A stretch of DNA of 64,000 nucleotides from Vulcanimicrobiota bacterium (GCA_963812135.1 CAWETU010000001.1:1-64000); one strand, 5' to 3'. Shown: positions 9,144 through 19,529, counted from the first letter of the stretch. Notes: generated by a model from the sequence alone, not told the origin. Numbers and translations are program-made.

Positions 9144-10385
9144 GCTTGCTGCTTGAGCCACTGGTCGATCTCGCTATCGATCGTGCGCATCGCATCGGCG
9201 AGCGCGAGGCCGCTGCGCGTCGCGATGGCACGGCAATCTTCGTACTCCGGGCGCGCTCGTTGGCCCGACTGCGTCGAGACGACCTTGACGCGCACCGGTC
9301 CAAGCGACGTCATCACGCTTTCGATCCGCCGCGGCAGCGTCACGCGCGTGACCGGCCAGCGGCGCACGCCGATGGTCGTCGTCTCCGCGAGCAGCGCGTC
9401 GGCGACCGCGTCGGAACGCTCCGCAGGCGCCAGCGCCGCGAGCAACGTCCCCGGTCTCCCCTTCTTCATCTGCGCCGCGTGCGTCCACACGTCGAGCGCG
9501 CCGGCAGCCACCAAACGCTCCGCGACGTGCTCGTACAATTGCGGATTCATATCATCGATGTTCGTCTCGATCTGCACGACGTCGCCGTGCGTCTCAGGCT
9601 GCGGTCCCGCGCTCTTGAGCGCGGGTTCCCCGATCGAGACGCGCAACACGTTGGCGAACGGAAAATCAGAGCGACCGGCACCATAGCCGATCCGTTCGAT
9701 CGTCAGCGGCGGGCGAAGCGCAAAACTCGCGAGCGTCGTCAGGATCGCGGCCCCGGTGGGCGTGACCATCTCAGAATCGAGATCGACAGCGTAGGTCGGC
9801 GCGCCGCGCAAGAGCTCCATTGTCGCGGGCGAGGGCGATGGCATCGCGCCGTGGGCGCCATGCACGGTGCCGCGGCCGCACGGCAGCGGCGAGCAATAGA
9901 CGGATTCGATGCCGAGCAAGTGCAGTCCAATGACCGCGCCGGCGATGTCGACGATCGCGTCCACCTGCCCGACCTCGTGGAACGCGATCTCGTCGACGGG
10001 TACCCTGTGTACGCGCGCTTCCGCCGCGGCGAGGCGCTCGTAGACTTTGATCGCACGGCTTTCGACCGCGGCGGGATATCGCGCCGCGCGGATGATCTCG
10101 AGCACGTCGGCAAGCGAGCGATGCGGATGCCCTTCATGATGATGCTCGTGTGTAGTGGTCGAATTTATTCGACCGTCCATGATCCTCACCAGGCACGTCG
10201 ACGTCGAGATACAACGCGCCGATGCCGCGCTTGTGCACGGGATCGGCGTGCAGCTTCCAACCGCGCACCGGCAGCCGGCGCAGTTCGCGCTCCAGCGCGT
10301 CAAGGCTCAAGCCCGCATCGACGAGCGCGCCGAGGATCATGTTGCCGCTCGCGCCGCCGAAGCAATCGAAGACGGCGACGCTCAT
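9140..10385 (-). CDS. larC: Nickel insertase LarC, frameshifted near 10150-10185
   Basis: N-terminal FDCFGGASGNMILGALVDAG in one frame; HEHHHEGHPHR, AEARVH, FHEVGQVDAIVD, TPTGAA, ETNIDDMNP, MKKGRPG, ETTTIGVR, PEYED in another; ATGA overlap with larB. Confidence 0.9.
10152..10176 (+). repeat. REP-like palindromic element copy 2
   Basis: GTAG T GGTCGAAT TT ATTCGACC GT; inside larC at the frameshift. Confidence 0.75.
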
Positions 10386-11146
10386 GGAAGGTTCCGGTCG
10401 TGCAGAGCGAGGTGATTGATACGCGACGCCACGCATGCCGCGCCGAAACCATTGTCGATGTTCACCACGCTCACGCCGCCGGCGCACGCGTTGAGCATCG
10501 TGAGCAGCGCGGCGAGGCCGCCGAACGACGCGCCGTAGCCGACGCTGGTCGGAACGGCGATCACCGGACGATCGGTCAAGCCGGCGATAACGCCGGGCAA
10601 GGCGCCATCCATACCCGCGACCGCGACGATCGCGTTAGCCGTGCGCAGCGCGCCGACATGGCCAAGCACGCGGTGCAATCCGGCGACGCCGACGTCGTCG
10701 ATCCGCGCGACCGCGTTGCCCATGATGTCCAGCGAACACGCCGCCTCGGCTGCGACCGGCCGGTCCGATGTGCCGGCGCTGACGACGCACACGAGTCCGG
10801 CGCGCTCGACAGGCGTCCGCTCGTAGACGATGGCGCGCGCGTCGGCGTCATAGCGCGCGTCTCGAACCTGTTCGTTGACCGCCGCGAACGCGTCGGGCGT
10901 TGCGCGCGTGGCCAAGAATCTGCCGCTCGAGGATGCAAGCCGGGCCGCGATGGCCGCGATCTCGTCAGGACGCTTGCCCGGACAGTAGATCACCTCGGGG
11001 AACCCAGTTCGCTGCGCGCGCAGATGGTCGAGCGTCACGTGCGGTATGTCGCTCGGTCCCGCGCCTTTCAGGTGCGCGAGCGCCTCGTCCACCGAAACGG
11101 ACCCGTCACGCAACGCATCGAGCAGTCCGCGCAGAGTGTCGTCCAT
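10382..11146 (-). CDS. larB: Nickel-pincer cofactor biosynthesis carboxylase/hydrolase LarB
   Basis: DHLRAQRTGFPEVIYCPGK, SAGTSDRPVAAEA, DVGVAGLHR, VAGMDGALP, AVPTSVGYG, VVNIDNGFGAA. Confidence 0.93.
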   Translation of the reverse strand: MDDTLRGLLDALRDGSVSVDEALAHLKGAGPSDIPHVTLDHLRAQRTGFPEVIYCPGKRPDEIAAIAARLASSSGRFLATRATPDAFAAVNEQVRDARYDADARAIVYERTPVERAGLVCVVSAGTSDRPVAAEAACSLDIMGNAVARIDDVGVAGLHRVLGHVGALRTANAIVAVAGMDGALPGVIAGLTDRPVIAVPTSVGYGASFGGLAALLTMLNACAGGVSVVNIDNGFGAACVASRINHLALHDRNLP

Positions 11147-11207
11147 CGCGCGTGGTTCTGTGGCGGAGCGCCGCCGCCCCGCCGAACACTCCGTCACGCG
11201 TTCTTGA

Positions 11208-12540
11208 CTAGATGGGATCGGGTGGTTTCAGGCTACGGGGCTGGCGTAGGAAATCGGCCGGCTTCATAAAGGTCGCGACGGGTTGTAATGGCGTCACGGG
11301 CTGTGTGAAATCGAAACAGTCCTGGAGCGCGTCCGCGCGCGCGTCGACAGTGCCGAGCGACGGCAATCCGAAGGTCGCCTCCGTGAAGTGGAGGATGCTG
11401 CCGAACTCGTGCTGCGTGTGCGACACATAACCGTGTCGCGCATACGGCGACACCACGAGCAGCGGCACGCGGAATCCCAAGTCCCATGACGTCGAGTTGC
11501 GGCGGCGGCACGTGATCGTACCAACCGCCCCAATCATCCCACACGATGAGGATCGCGGTGTCGTTCCAATACGGGCTCGCGCCGACGGCGTCGACGATCG
11601 AAGCGACCCATGGCGGCCCGGTGGCGCTGTTCGCCAACCCATGGTCCGAATTCGTCAGCTGTGGAACCACCCAACTCACCTGCGCAAGATTGTCGTTGGC
11701 GATATCCGTGAAGACCGTCGTCTCCGGCGTGATGACGTTCCTCGTCCAGTCGCTGCCGTAGCGGATGTGGCGGATCGCATCATAGGCGTTCCAGATGTAG
11801 AGCGGCTGGGGCACGTAATACCGCCAGGTGACGCCCGCCGCATCCATCGAGTCGGCGAGCGTCGGATAGTCGAAGCAAGGAAAGACCCCGGGCGTCTCGG
11901 TGCCGTTGGCCGCTAGTTGCGCGGCCAGTGAACCAGGCGTGTCATCACAACCCCAATATGGCCCATTGGGAACCTCGGCCACATCGTCCGATTGGCCCGC
12001 GATGAGGTATTGATGCGCCGGGAAGCTCGGGCCGCTATTCGACGCGAACATCCTGTCCGCCAGCGTGAACTGTTTGGCAAGGTCCCAGTACGGCTTGGTC
12101 TCCGACTGAGGAAGATAGGAATAGGCGAAGTTCGGCGGACCAGGCGTCGGGCAGTAGCCGCACCCGACCGTCGTGTAGGTCCCCTCGGCATTGAAGTCGT
12201 CCATTAGACCCGCATCGTACGCCGCGGTGAAGCTCCTATGGAAGTGGCCGTTGTCGAGGCTGCCATCGACAAAAGGAACCGGCGCGAGCGGCTGCGGCCC
12301 GAGCTTCGTCTGGCCCACCGTCACCGTATCGGCGCCCGGGAAGCCGTTGAACATGTTGTCGAAACTGCGGTTCTCCTGAACGATGATGATCACGTGCTTG
12401 ATATATGGGCTCACGGACGCGTTTCGGGGTGGCGCTGGAATGCTCGAATGGGCACACGCGGCGATCGCGGTCGCGCAAAGCGTCAATAGCGTCACACACA
12501 AGGTTCGCACGCGCGAACCGCTCGTTTGCGGCTTGCTCAA
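11208..12540 (-). CDS. Phosphoesterase (phospholipase C/acid phosphatase family) lipoprotein, frameshifted near 11480-11490
   Basis: IKHVIIIVQENRSFDNMF, GPSFPAH, WDDWGGWYDHVPPP, then LGFRVPLLVVSPYARHGYVSH in another frame; lipobox-like IAAC; TTG start after GAGGGG. Confidence 0.85.
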
Positions 12541-12694
12541 CTCGTACCCCTCACGCCTAAGCGGGAAGCGGCGTTGGCGTGTGATACGGAGATGCCAAAC
12601 GCGCACCTTCTCACGGCGGGTGAGAAAATGCTTAGACAACCCTGAGCGGGGGAATTGGGCACCGTCTGCGCAGAACCACGAATGGGAGGTTCGC

Positions 12695-13933
12695 ATGTCA
12701 CTCGCCGCCTCGTCGGACCGCGCCGATATCCAGGTCTTCCGATACGCGCAGCGCATGGGCCGCCTCAAGGCAAGCGCCATCCGCGAGATCCTCAAAGTCA
12801 CCGAACTCCCCGACGTCATCTCGTTCGCCGGCGGGCTTCCCGCGCCCGAATTGTTCCCGGTCCGCGAATTCGCGCGCGCTTGTCAAGAGGTTCTTGACAC
12901 CGACGGCGCCGCGGCCATGCAGTACAGCGTCACCGAAGGCTACACGCCGCTGCGCCAATGGATCTGCGACTATCTGCGCACGAGCAACGCCATCGAATGC
13001 GAGCCGCACCAGGTCCTCATCATCAGCGGTTCGCAACAGGGACTCGATCTGATCGGCAAGGTGCTCCTCGACCCCGGCGACTACGTCGTCATCGAGAATC
13101 CGGCATATCTCGGCGCGATCCAAGCATTCGACGCGTACGAGGCGCGTTATCTGAACGTGGCGTCCGACGACGACGGCATGCGGACCGAGGATCTGGACCG
13201 TCTGCTGCGCCAAGCGCCGGCCAAGCCCAAGCTCGTCTATCTGGTGCCGAATTTCGAGAATCCGACCGGCGTCACGCTGAGCTTGCGTCGCCGCCACGAA
13301 TTGATCCAGATCTGTGCCGATCACGGCATCCCGATCTTCGAGGACGATCCGTACGGACGTCTGCGCTATTCCGGCGAGACGTTGCCGTCGATCATGGCGC
13401 TCGCGAAAGGGCGCAACACGATCTACATGAGCACGGTGAGCAAGATCATCGCGCCCGGCATGCGCGTCGCGTGGCTCGTGCTGCCCGACCCGGCGCTCTA
13501 TGAGCGCGTCGTGCCGGCGAAGCAGGCGGCGGATCTGCACACGTCGAGCTTCACGCAACGCGCCGTGTACGCGTACGCGCGCGTGCCCGGCCAAGTCGAA
13601 AAACATATCGCGCAGATGCTGCCGGTCTATCGGCGGCGGCGCGACTTGATGCTCGCCACTCTGGCGCGCGCGATGCCACACGGTTCGTCGTGGACCCATC
13701 CGGACGGCGGACTGTTCTTATGGGCGCGCGTCCCCGAAGCCATCGACACACAAGAGCTCTTGACGCATGCCTCCGAGAAGAAAGTCGCGTTCGTGCCCGG
13801 CGCGCCGTTCTGGGTCAACGCCGACGTGCGCAACACCATGCGTCTGAACTTCAGCAACGCGTCCGAGGATGCGCTCGAGACGGGGATCATGCGGCTCGGC
13901 GACCTGGTGAAATCGCATCTGGCCAAAGTCTAG
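12695..13933 (+). CDS. PLP-dependent aminotransferase class I/II (LysN/MocR-catalytic type)
   Basis: RBS GGAGG 12685; SAIREILK, ISFAGGLP, GSQQGLD, PNFENPTG, EDDPY, TVSKIIAPGMRV, MRLNFS. Confidence 0.92.
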   Translation: MSLAASSDRADIQVFRYAQRMGRLKASAIREILKVTELPDVISFAGGLPAPELFPVREFARACQEVLDTDGAAAMQYSVTEGYTPLRQWICDYLRTSNAIECEPHQVLIISGSQQGLDLIGKVLLDPGDYVVIENPAYLGAIQAFDAYEARYLNVASDDDGMRTEDLDRLLRQAPAKPKLVYLVPNFENPTGVTLSLRRRHELIQICADHGIPIFEDDPYGRLRYSGETLPSIMALAKGRNTIYMSTVSKIIAPGMRVAWLVLPDPALYERVVPAKQAADLHTSSFTQRAVYAYARVPGQVEKHIAQMLPVYRRRRDLMLATLARAMPHGSSWTHPDGGLFLWARVPEAIDTQELLTHASEKKVAFVPGAPFWVNADVRNTMRLNFSNASEDALETGIMRLGDLVKSHLAKV

Positions 13934-15509
13934 CGTTCTCGCGTGCGTCGCGGCGCTGCTCGGCGCGGCGTTGGCCGCGTCGCCCGCGAATGCCGATCGC
14001 CATCGGCAGACGGTCAGCCTCTCCGGTGCGGCCGTCCGTTTCTACGCCTTGCACCTCGTGCTCGATGCCAACGGCCGCGCGTATCTCGACGACGGCGTGC
14101 TGCACGTGAGCGCGACGCATATCACGCTCGATCTCAAAGCCAAGCGCTACCTCGCGATCGGCGACGTCGTCGTGCAAAGCGTCGCGAACTCGAGCAGCGC
14201 GCGCGGCGATATCTTCGGCGAGGACTTCGACGCGCATCGCGGCTTGCTCGTCTCGCTTGACGAGCCGCCGATGCGCCACGTCGTGCAGGGCGGCGATATC
14301 GGTGGAGAACCGCCGGCGACCGGGCCGCAAGAACAGCCGCTCTTGGTGCCGGACTTCAGCGGTGAAACGCCGTTCGCGACGGCATCCCGCGCGGTCGCGC
14401 ACGTCGGCGCAGACGTGCGCTTGACCGACGCGAAGGTTGCGCTGCCGGGCGCGCGCAGCTTGCCGCTGCCCTCCTATGTCTACACCTATTCGCCCGACCC
14501 CGGCTACGCGGTCAGCAACCTCACCGGCGCCAGCGAAGACGTGCCGCTCTATTTCGGCAGCACGCGCGACTCGGTGCAAGGCATCCACTTCATCTATCGC
14601 CCGGACGTCAAATTCGCGCTCGGCTTCGACCAGCGGATCGTCGACACGCCCAACGGTTATGCGCTCGCATCGATCTCGCCCATCTTCGGCAATCAGAAGA
14701 CCTTCAATTTCACGTGGCAAGACCGCATCAACGCGCACACGCAGCAGTCGCTGACCTCGACGAGCATCGAAGGACTGGGTACCATTAACTCGTACGACGT
14801 CAGAGACGGCCTCCACCGTTCGTTCCTGGAGCTCAACGGGTCGCAATTCCATCAATCGCTCGGCGCGCTGCTCGGGTGGCAGAGCTACGACCAGGGCATG
14901 GCGCATCAAGGCGTATTCTCCAATCTGTTGTTCCATCTGCGCAGCGAGATCGGCACGACCCACACGCCATTGACGCCGGGTTACTCGCCGTTCCCGCCGG
15001 ACATCTTCTTGCCGCAGTGGTACGCGCACGTCGGTTTCGAAGGGTATATCGCGACCAAGCCGCTCGTGCTCGGTCCGGAGACGACGCTCGTCGCGTCGGC
15101 CGACGATCGCTTCACGCACGATACGTTGCCGCATCTGCAGAACTTCCAGACCGAAGCGCTCACGCTGACGCAGCGTATCAATCGTCTCATCACCGTCAGC
15201 GGCAGCATCATCGACTCGCCCATCCACGACTGGTATCCGACGGTCAACGCCGGATATGCGAGCCGCTTCACATCCGAGAGCGCGACGTTCCAATACAATC
15301 ACGGCAACGTGTTCTCGCTGTTCTTGACCGGTTCGCACGCGACGGGTTCGACGCAGCTGCCGGGCGGCGTGCTGGTCACGCCGTGGGTCACCGGCGCGGA
15401 TGTGCGCTTCCGCGTGAACCGCGCGCTCTCGGTCGAGCTCGGCCGATCGTATTACTTCGGGTTCTTGGGCCAGCGCTTCAGCTCGCTCACGTTCCAGCTC
15501 TTCCCGTAA
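13911..15509 (+). CDS. Putative outer-membrane beta-barrel protein with LptD/OstA-like N-terminus (paralog A); start codon unresolved
   Basis: Frame open from 13911 encodes signal-like RIWPKSSVLACVAALLGAALAASPANA; jellyroll-like LVLDANGRAYL..VSATHITLDL..LAIGDVVV; amphipathic strands; aromatic C-terminus SLTFQLFP; similar to 43842-45596. Confidence 0.6.
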   Translation, partial: NRIWPKSSVLACVAALLGAALAASPANADRHRQTVSLSGAAVRFYALHLVLDANGRAYLDDGVLHVSATHITLDLKAKRYLAIGDVVVQSVANSSSARGDIFGEDFDAHRGLLVSLDEPPMRHVVQGGDIGGEPPATGPQEQPLLVPDFSGETPFATASRAVAHVGADVRLTDAKVALPGARSLPLPSYVYTYSPDPGYAVSNLTGASEDVPLYFGSTRDSVQGIHFIYRPDVKFALGFDQRIVDTPNGYALASISPIFGNQKTFNFTWQDRINAHTQQSLTSTSIEGLGTINSYDVRDGLHRSFLELNGSQFHQSLGALLGWQSYDQGMAHQGVFSNLLFHLRSEIGTTHTPLTPGYSPFPPDIFLPQWYAHVGFEGYIATKPLVLGPETTLVASADDRFTHDTLPHLQNFQTEALTLTQRINRLITVSGSIIDSPIHDWYPTVNAGYASRFTSESATFQYNHGNVFSLFLTGSHATGSTQLPGGVLVTPWVTGADVRFRVNRALSVELGRSYYFGFLGQRFSSLTFQLFP

Positions 15510-15552
15510 GCGCACAGGTCCCATCAGCGCCGATTCGAAAGTGGTCCCGTCC

Positions 15553-16639
15553 ATGAAGATCCTGGTCACCGGCGGAGCCGGCTATATCGGCGTCGTCCTG
15601 TGCGAGCGTCTGCTCGAGGCGGGCCACCAGGTGCGCGTGCTCGACCGGCTCTACTGGGGCCGCACGCCGCTGGCACATCTGCTCGATCGCATCGAGCTCG
15701 TGCACGAAGACGTGCGCGCGATCGACTCGCAAGTGCTCGATGGGATCGACGGCGTGGCGCATCTTGCCGGCCTCTCGAACGACCCGACAGCCGAATACAA
15801 CACGGCCGCCAATTGGGAGATGAACGCCGACGCGACCGCGCACTTGGCCAGTCGCGTGCAAGAAGCGCGGCATCGAGCGGTTCACGTTCGGGTCGAGCGC
15901 GTCCATCTACGACGGCCTTGGCGAGGGGTTGTTCGACGAGACGGCGCCGGTCAATCCGCGCGGCGCCTACTCGCTTTCGAAATTCGCGGCCGAAGAGTCG
16001 TTGCGCAGCATCGCCGGCGGAGGTTTCTCACCCGTCATCTTGCGGCAGGGTACGGTCTACGGTTTCAGCACGCGCATGCGGTTCGATCTTGTGGTGAACA
16101 CGTTCATTAAAGATGCCCTGTTGCGCGGCACGCTCTTCCTGCACGGCGGCGGATGGATGTGGCGGCCGTTGGTGGATGTCAAAGATGTCGCGCAAGCGCA
16201 CCTGCTTTGCCTCGAAGCCGGACCAAGCGTCGTCGGCGGCCAGACATTCAACGTCGTGCACGACAATTTCCAGATCCGCCAGCTCGCGATGCTCGTCGCG
16301 GGATCGCTCTCGCTACACGACAAGACCGTGCGGCTCGAAGACGCGCCGGTTCCCAAGATCAATCGCAACTACCGCTGCACGAACCGCAAGCTGACGGAGA
16401 CGCTCGGTTTCACGCCGCACGTGACGGTCCTCGAATCCATCGAAGGCATGCTGAAGCAGCTGCCGCTCGAAGATCCGGCGGAGCTCGCCCACCCGCGTTT
16501 TTACAATATCAAATGGATGACGCTGCTCGAAGAGATCGTCGCGACGCACGCCGGCGAGCGATCGATCTGGGACGTCGTGCCTACGGAGCTCGATAGATCA
16601 GACGGACGAGTCCCATCCAAAAACCTTCAGTCGCTCTGA
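15553..16639 (+). CDS. NAD-dependent nucleotide-sugar epimerase/dehydratase, frameshifted near 15850
   Basis: TGGAGYIG, HLAGLSNDP, then SSASIY, YSLSK (YxxxK), RMRFDLVVN, WRPLVDVKD in a second frame. Confidence 0.88.
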
Positions 16640-17030
16640 ACGCGACGATCGGCAAGAGCCACGGACCCTCCGGCACGAAGCCCTCTTCGCGGTCGATCAG
16701 GCCGATGATCCACGCATGTCGCACGGGCAGTCTCCGCGACCAGCGCGCGACTCGTTCTTCGTCATAACCGCGCAGGCGCAGCGCGACGAGCACCGCACCG
16801 TCATCTGGACTCTGGGCTACGACCTGCGCGAACTGACTCGTCGTCATTCCGATGCGGTGCAAGAACGCGATATCAATGGGCGAGTGCCCGAACAGATAAT
16901 TTCCGAGCTCGCCGCGCTGCTTCATGCGAGCTTTGTCGATCAGACGCGGCAGCCAGCGGATCCCGTCGAGCGTCTCGCTCCAACGCCGCGGCGTTGGAGC
17001 GGTCGAGTTTACTCGACCGTCCGCACTCAT
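16581..17030 (-). CDS. DUF5069-like small protein
   Basis: PRRWSETLDGIRWLPRLIDKAR..GELGNYLFGHSPID..FL resembles DUF5069; ATGA overlap with rmlD. Confidence 0.6.
   Translation of the reverse strand: MSADGRVNSTAPTPRRWSETLDGIRWLPRLIDKARMKQRGELGNYLFGHSPIDIAFLHRIGMTTSQFAQVVAQSPDDGAVLVALRLRGYDEERVARWSRRLPVRHAWIIGLIDREEGFVPEGPWLLPIVAFRATEGFWMGLVRLIYRAP
16996..17020 (+). repeat. REP-like palindromic element copy 3
   Basis: GGAG C GGTCGAGT TT ACTCGACC GT; within the first codons of the DUF5069-like CDS. Confidence 0.75.
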
Positions 17031-17893
17031 CGCACGTGCCCCTTCGCCTTCAGGTAGTCGCGTAGTCCGTCGCGCCATGGCCGAGCGGTCAAGCCGAGCT
17101 TGCCGAGCTTCTCGCTGGCGAGCGCCGAGTACGCCGGCCGGCGCGCGCCCATCGGCAGATCTTTGATCTTGATCGGCTCCGCTCGCACGCGCAGGCGGCA
17201 CTCGGTGAATATCTCATCGGCGAATTCGCGCCATGAGACCGCGCCCTCGTTGGACAGGTGATACGTGCCCGACGGCGCCTTGCGCTCCAACAAGTCCAGC
17301 AGCAGCGCCGAGGCATCGGCGGTCGAGGTCGGCGACGAGATGATGTCGTCGACGACGCGCGGGCGCTCGCCGCGCTGCCCGCGTGCGATCATCGTCTCGA
17401 CGAAGTTACCGCCTTTGCCACGGCTGCCCGACACGCCGAACAAACTGCTCACGCGGATGATGTAGTGCGCTTTCACGAGCCGCACGAGCGCCTCGCCCGC
17501 GGCTTTGCTGGAGCCGTAGACGGAGAGCGGTGATGCCGGGTCGCTTTCGACGTACGGCGTCTTCTTCGTCCCATCGAAGACATAGTCGGTGCTGATGTAC
17601 ACCGGGATCGCGCCTCGCGCAGCTGCCGCTAGCGCGGCATGATACGCGCCGTGGACGTTCACTTCGATGGTCGCCGCCGGCATCAGCTCGCAGTCATCGG
17701 TCTTGTTCATCGCAGCGGTATTGACGACGACGTCGCCGGCCCCGATGCTTGCGAGCGCTTTGTCGAGCGAGGCGCGATCCCGCACATCGCAATCTTGATG
17801 GCCGAGCGCCAGCACTTCGAAGCGACGCGCGTGCGCGGCGCGCACGAGATCGCTGCCGAACTGCCCCGGAGCACCGATGACGGCGATCTTCAT
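17027..17893 (-). CDS. rmlD: dTDP-4-dehydrorhamnose reductase
   Basis: GAPGQFG, YISTDYVFDG, PLSVYGSSKAAGE, NFVETM, SSPTS, RRPAYSAL. Confidence 0.9.
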   Translation of the reverse strand: MKIAVIGAPGQFGSDLVRAAHARRFEVLALGHQDCDVRDRASLDKALASIGAGDVVVNTAAMNKTDDCELMPAATIEVNVHGAYHAALAAAARGAIPVYISTDYVFDGTKKTPYVESDPASPLSVYGSSKAAGEALVRLVKAHYIIRVSSLFGVSGSRGKGGNFVETMIARGQRGERPRVVDDIISSPTSTADASALLLDLLERKAPSGTYHLSNEGAVSWREFADEIFTECRLRVRAEPIKIKDLPMGARRPAYSALASEKLGKLGLTARPWRDGLRDYLKAKGHVR

Positions 17894-17912
17894 CGGACGT
17901 GATGCGCCGCGC

Positions 17913-19529
17913 TCACCGTGGAGCGGCGGCCGATGTCGCGCGCCGCTCGACGTAGTCCGCGCCCATCGCCAGCAGCATCGCGAGTTCGCGCACGCGCAGC
18001 GCGGTGCCCATCGCGAGAAAGACGACGCCGCCCGCCAACATGGCGACCGCGAGCGTGGTCGCATGCTGGAACAGCGTGCCGGCGGGGTGCCACAGGAGGC
18101 GGTGCACGACCAGCGCCGCGCCGGCCATCGCGAATGAAGCGATGCTGACGCGCAGGATGCACGAGCCTATGAGATCGCCGCCTTCGTCCACCGGGCCGAT
18201 GCGCCGGTGGAGCAGCCAGAAGAGCACCAATGCCTCGGTGAGCGACGAGGCGGAGTTCGAAATGGCCAAGCCGTTGACGCCGTACGGTCCGACGAGCAAC
18301 GCGGACAGCACGATGTTTTGCGCCATCACGCCGACCGCGACGACCACGGGTGTGCGCGAATCGCGCATCGCAAAGAAGCAGCGCGTCAGCACGATGCTCG
18401 CCGCGATGCCGAGCAGACCGACCGCGTAATATTGCAACGCGCCGGCGGTGCGTACGACGTCGCCATAGGTGAACGCGCCGCGTTCGAACAGCACGCTCAA
18501 GATCGGCTGCGCCAGCACGATCAACATCGCTGCGGCTGGGATGGTGATGAGTGCGGTCATGCGCAGGCCGGTCGATGCGGTCTGGCGCAACGCCGTCGTC
18601 TCGCGCGTTGCGAACTGCGCCGAGAGGATCGGGAAGATGACCGTCGCGATCGCCACCGCGAAGAGCTGCTGTGGAAACCCGACGAGTTTGGTCGCGTAAT
18701 TCATCGCGGAGATGGCGCCGGCGGGCAGCGACGAGGCGAAGTACTTGTCGACGAGCAGGTTGACTTGCCCGACGGCCGATCCGACGATGATCGGGCCGAG
18801 GATGACGAACAGCGCGGTGATTCCCGGGTGCTTGAGGTCGATGACGAAACGGTATTTGGAGCGCCTGAGGAAACTTGGGACTTGCACCAGCAACTGCGCG
18901 ACCAACCCGGCCGCGTAACCGAACACCAGCGCGTAGATGCCGTATTGTCTGAAGAACGCCAACACTGCGACGACGGTCAGGACATTGAGCGCGATGCCCT
19001 GCAACGCGGCTGCACGGTAGCGCTGTTGCGCGTTGAGGACCGCTTGGACGACGCCGGCAATCGAGGTGGCGATGATCGCGGGCATGAGGATGCGCGTCAT
19101 GCGCACTGTTTCCGCCAGGTGATCTGGCGGGAAGCCGATGGCGACGATGCGGACGATCCACGGGGCGGCGAGCCAGCCAATCGCCGCGGCGACGAGCAGC
19201 ACGAAGAAGAGCACGTTGATGACCGTGCTCGACAAACGCCACGCGTCTTCTTCGTGTTTGGCGGCGAAATACTCTGAGAACACCGGCACGAGCGCGCTGA
19301 CGAGCGCGCCGTTGAACACGCCGAACACGAGCGTTGGGATGATCGCCGCCACGATGAACGCGTCGTATTCCCAGGCTTCGCCGAAATACTTGGCATTGAC
19401 GACCTCGCGCGCGAAGCCGAGCAGCATGCTCGCCAGCGTGGCGAGCATGACCGCGACGGTCGATGCGGCGACGCTCAGCCTCGGGTGCAGCGGCGTCGCT
19501 GCTGGCGCGCTCTGATGAGGCAGTGCCAT
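17913..19529 (-). CDS. murJ: MurJ/MviN lipid II-type flippase
   Basis: LASMLLGFARE, DAFIVA, GALVSALVPVF, QVNLLVDKYFAS, YATKLVGFP, LFERGAF, FFAMRDSRTPV. Confidence 0.9.
   Translation of the reverse strand: MALPHQSAPAATPLHPRLSVAASTVAVMLATLASMLLGFAREVVNAKYFGEAWEYDAFIVAAIIPTLVFGVFNGALVSALVPVFSEYFAAKHEEDAWRLSSTVINVLFFVLLVAAAIGWLAAPWIVRIVAIGFPPDHLAETVRMTRILMPAIIATSIAGVVQAVLNAQQRYRAAALQGIALNVLTVVAVLAFFRQYGIYALVFGYAAGLVAQLLVQVPSFLRRSKYRFVIDLKHPGITALFVILGPIIVGSAVGQVNLLVDKYFASSLPAGAISAMNYATKLVGFPQQLFAVAIATVIFPILSAQFATRETTALRQTASTGLRMTALITIPAAAMLIVLAQPILSVLFERGAFTYGDVVRTAGALQYYAVGLLGIAASIVLTRCFFAMRDSRTPVVVAVGVMAQNIVLSALLVGPYGVNGLAISNSASSLTEALVLFWLLHRRIGPVDEGGDLIGSCILRVSIASFAMAGAALVVHRLLWHPAGTLFQHATTLAVAMLAGGVVFLAMGTALRVRELAMLLAMGADYVERRATSAAAPR

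Noticed and set aside
9113..11269. Long antisense or alternate-frame ORFs (718 aa here; also 3704-5398, 13887-15569, 17890-19539, 29876-31183, 62141-63544)
   Set aside because: Arg/Ala-rich shadow ORFs overlapping well-recognised genes, expected in high-GC DNA.
12608..12630. Hairpin ttctcac-ggcgg-gtgagaa in the divergent intergenic region
   Set aside because: A single 7-bp stem with no recognisable riboswitch or operator consensus.
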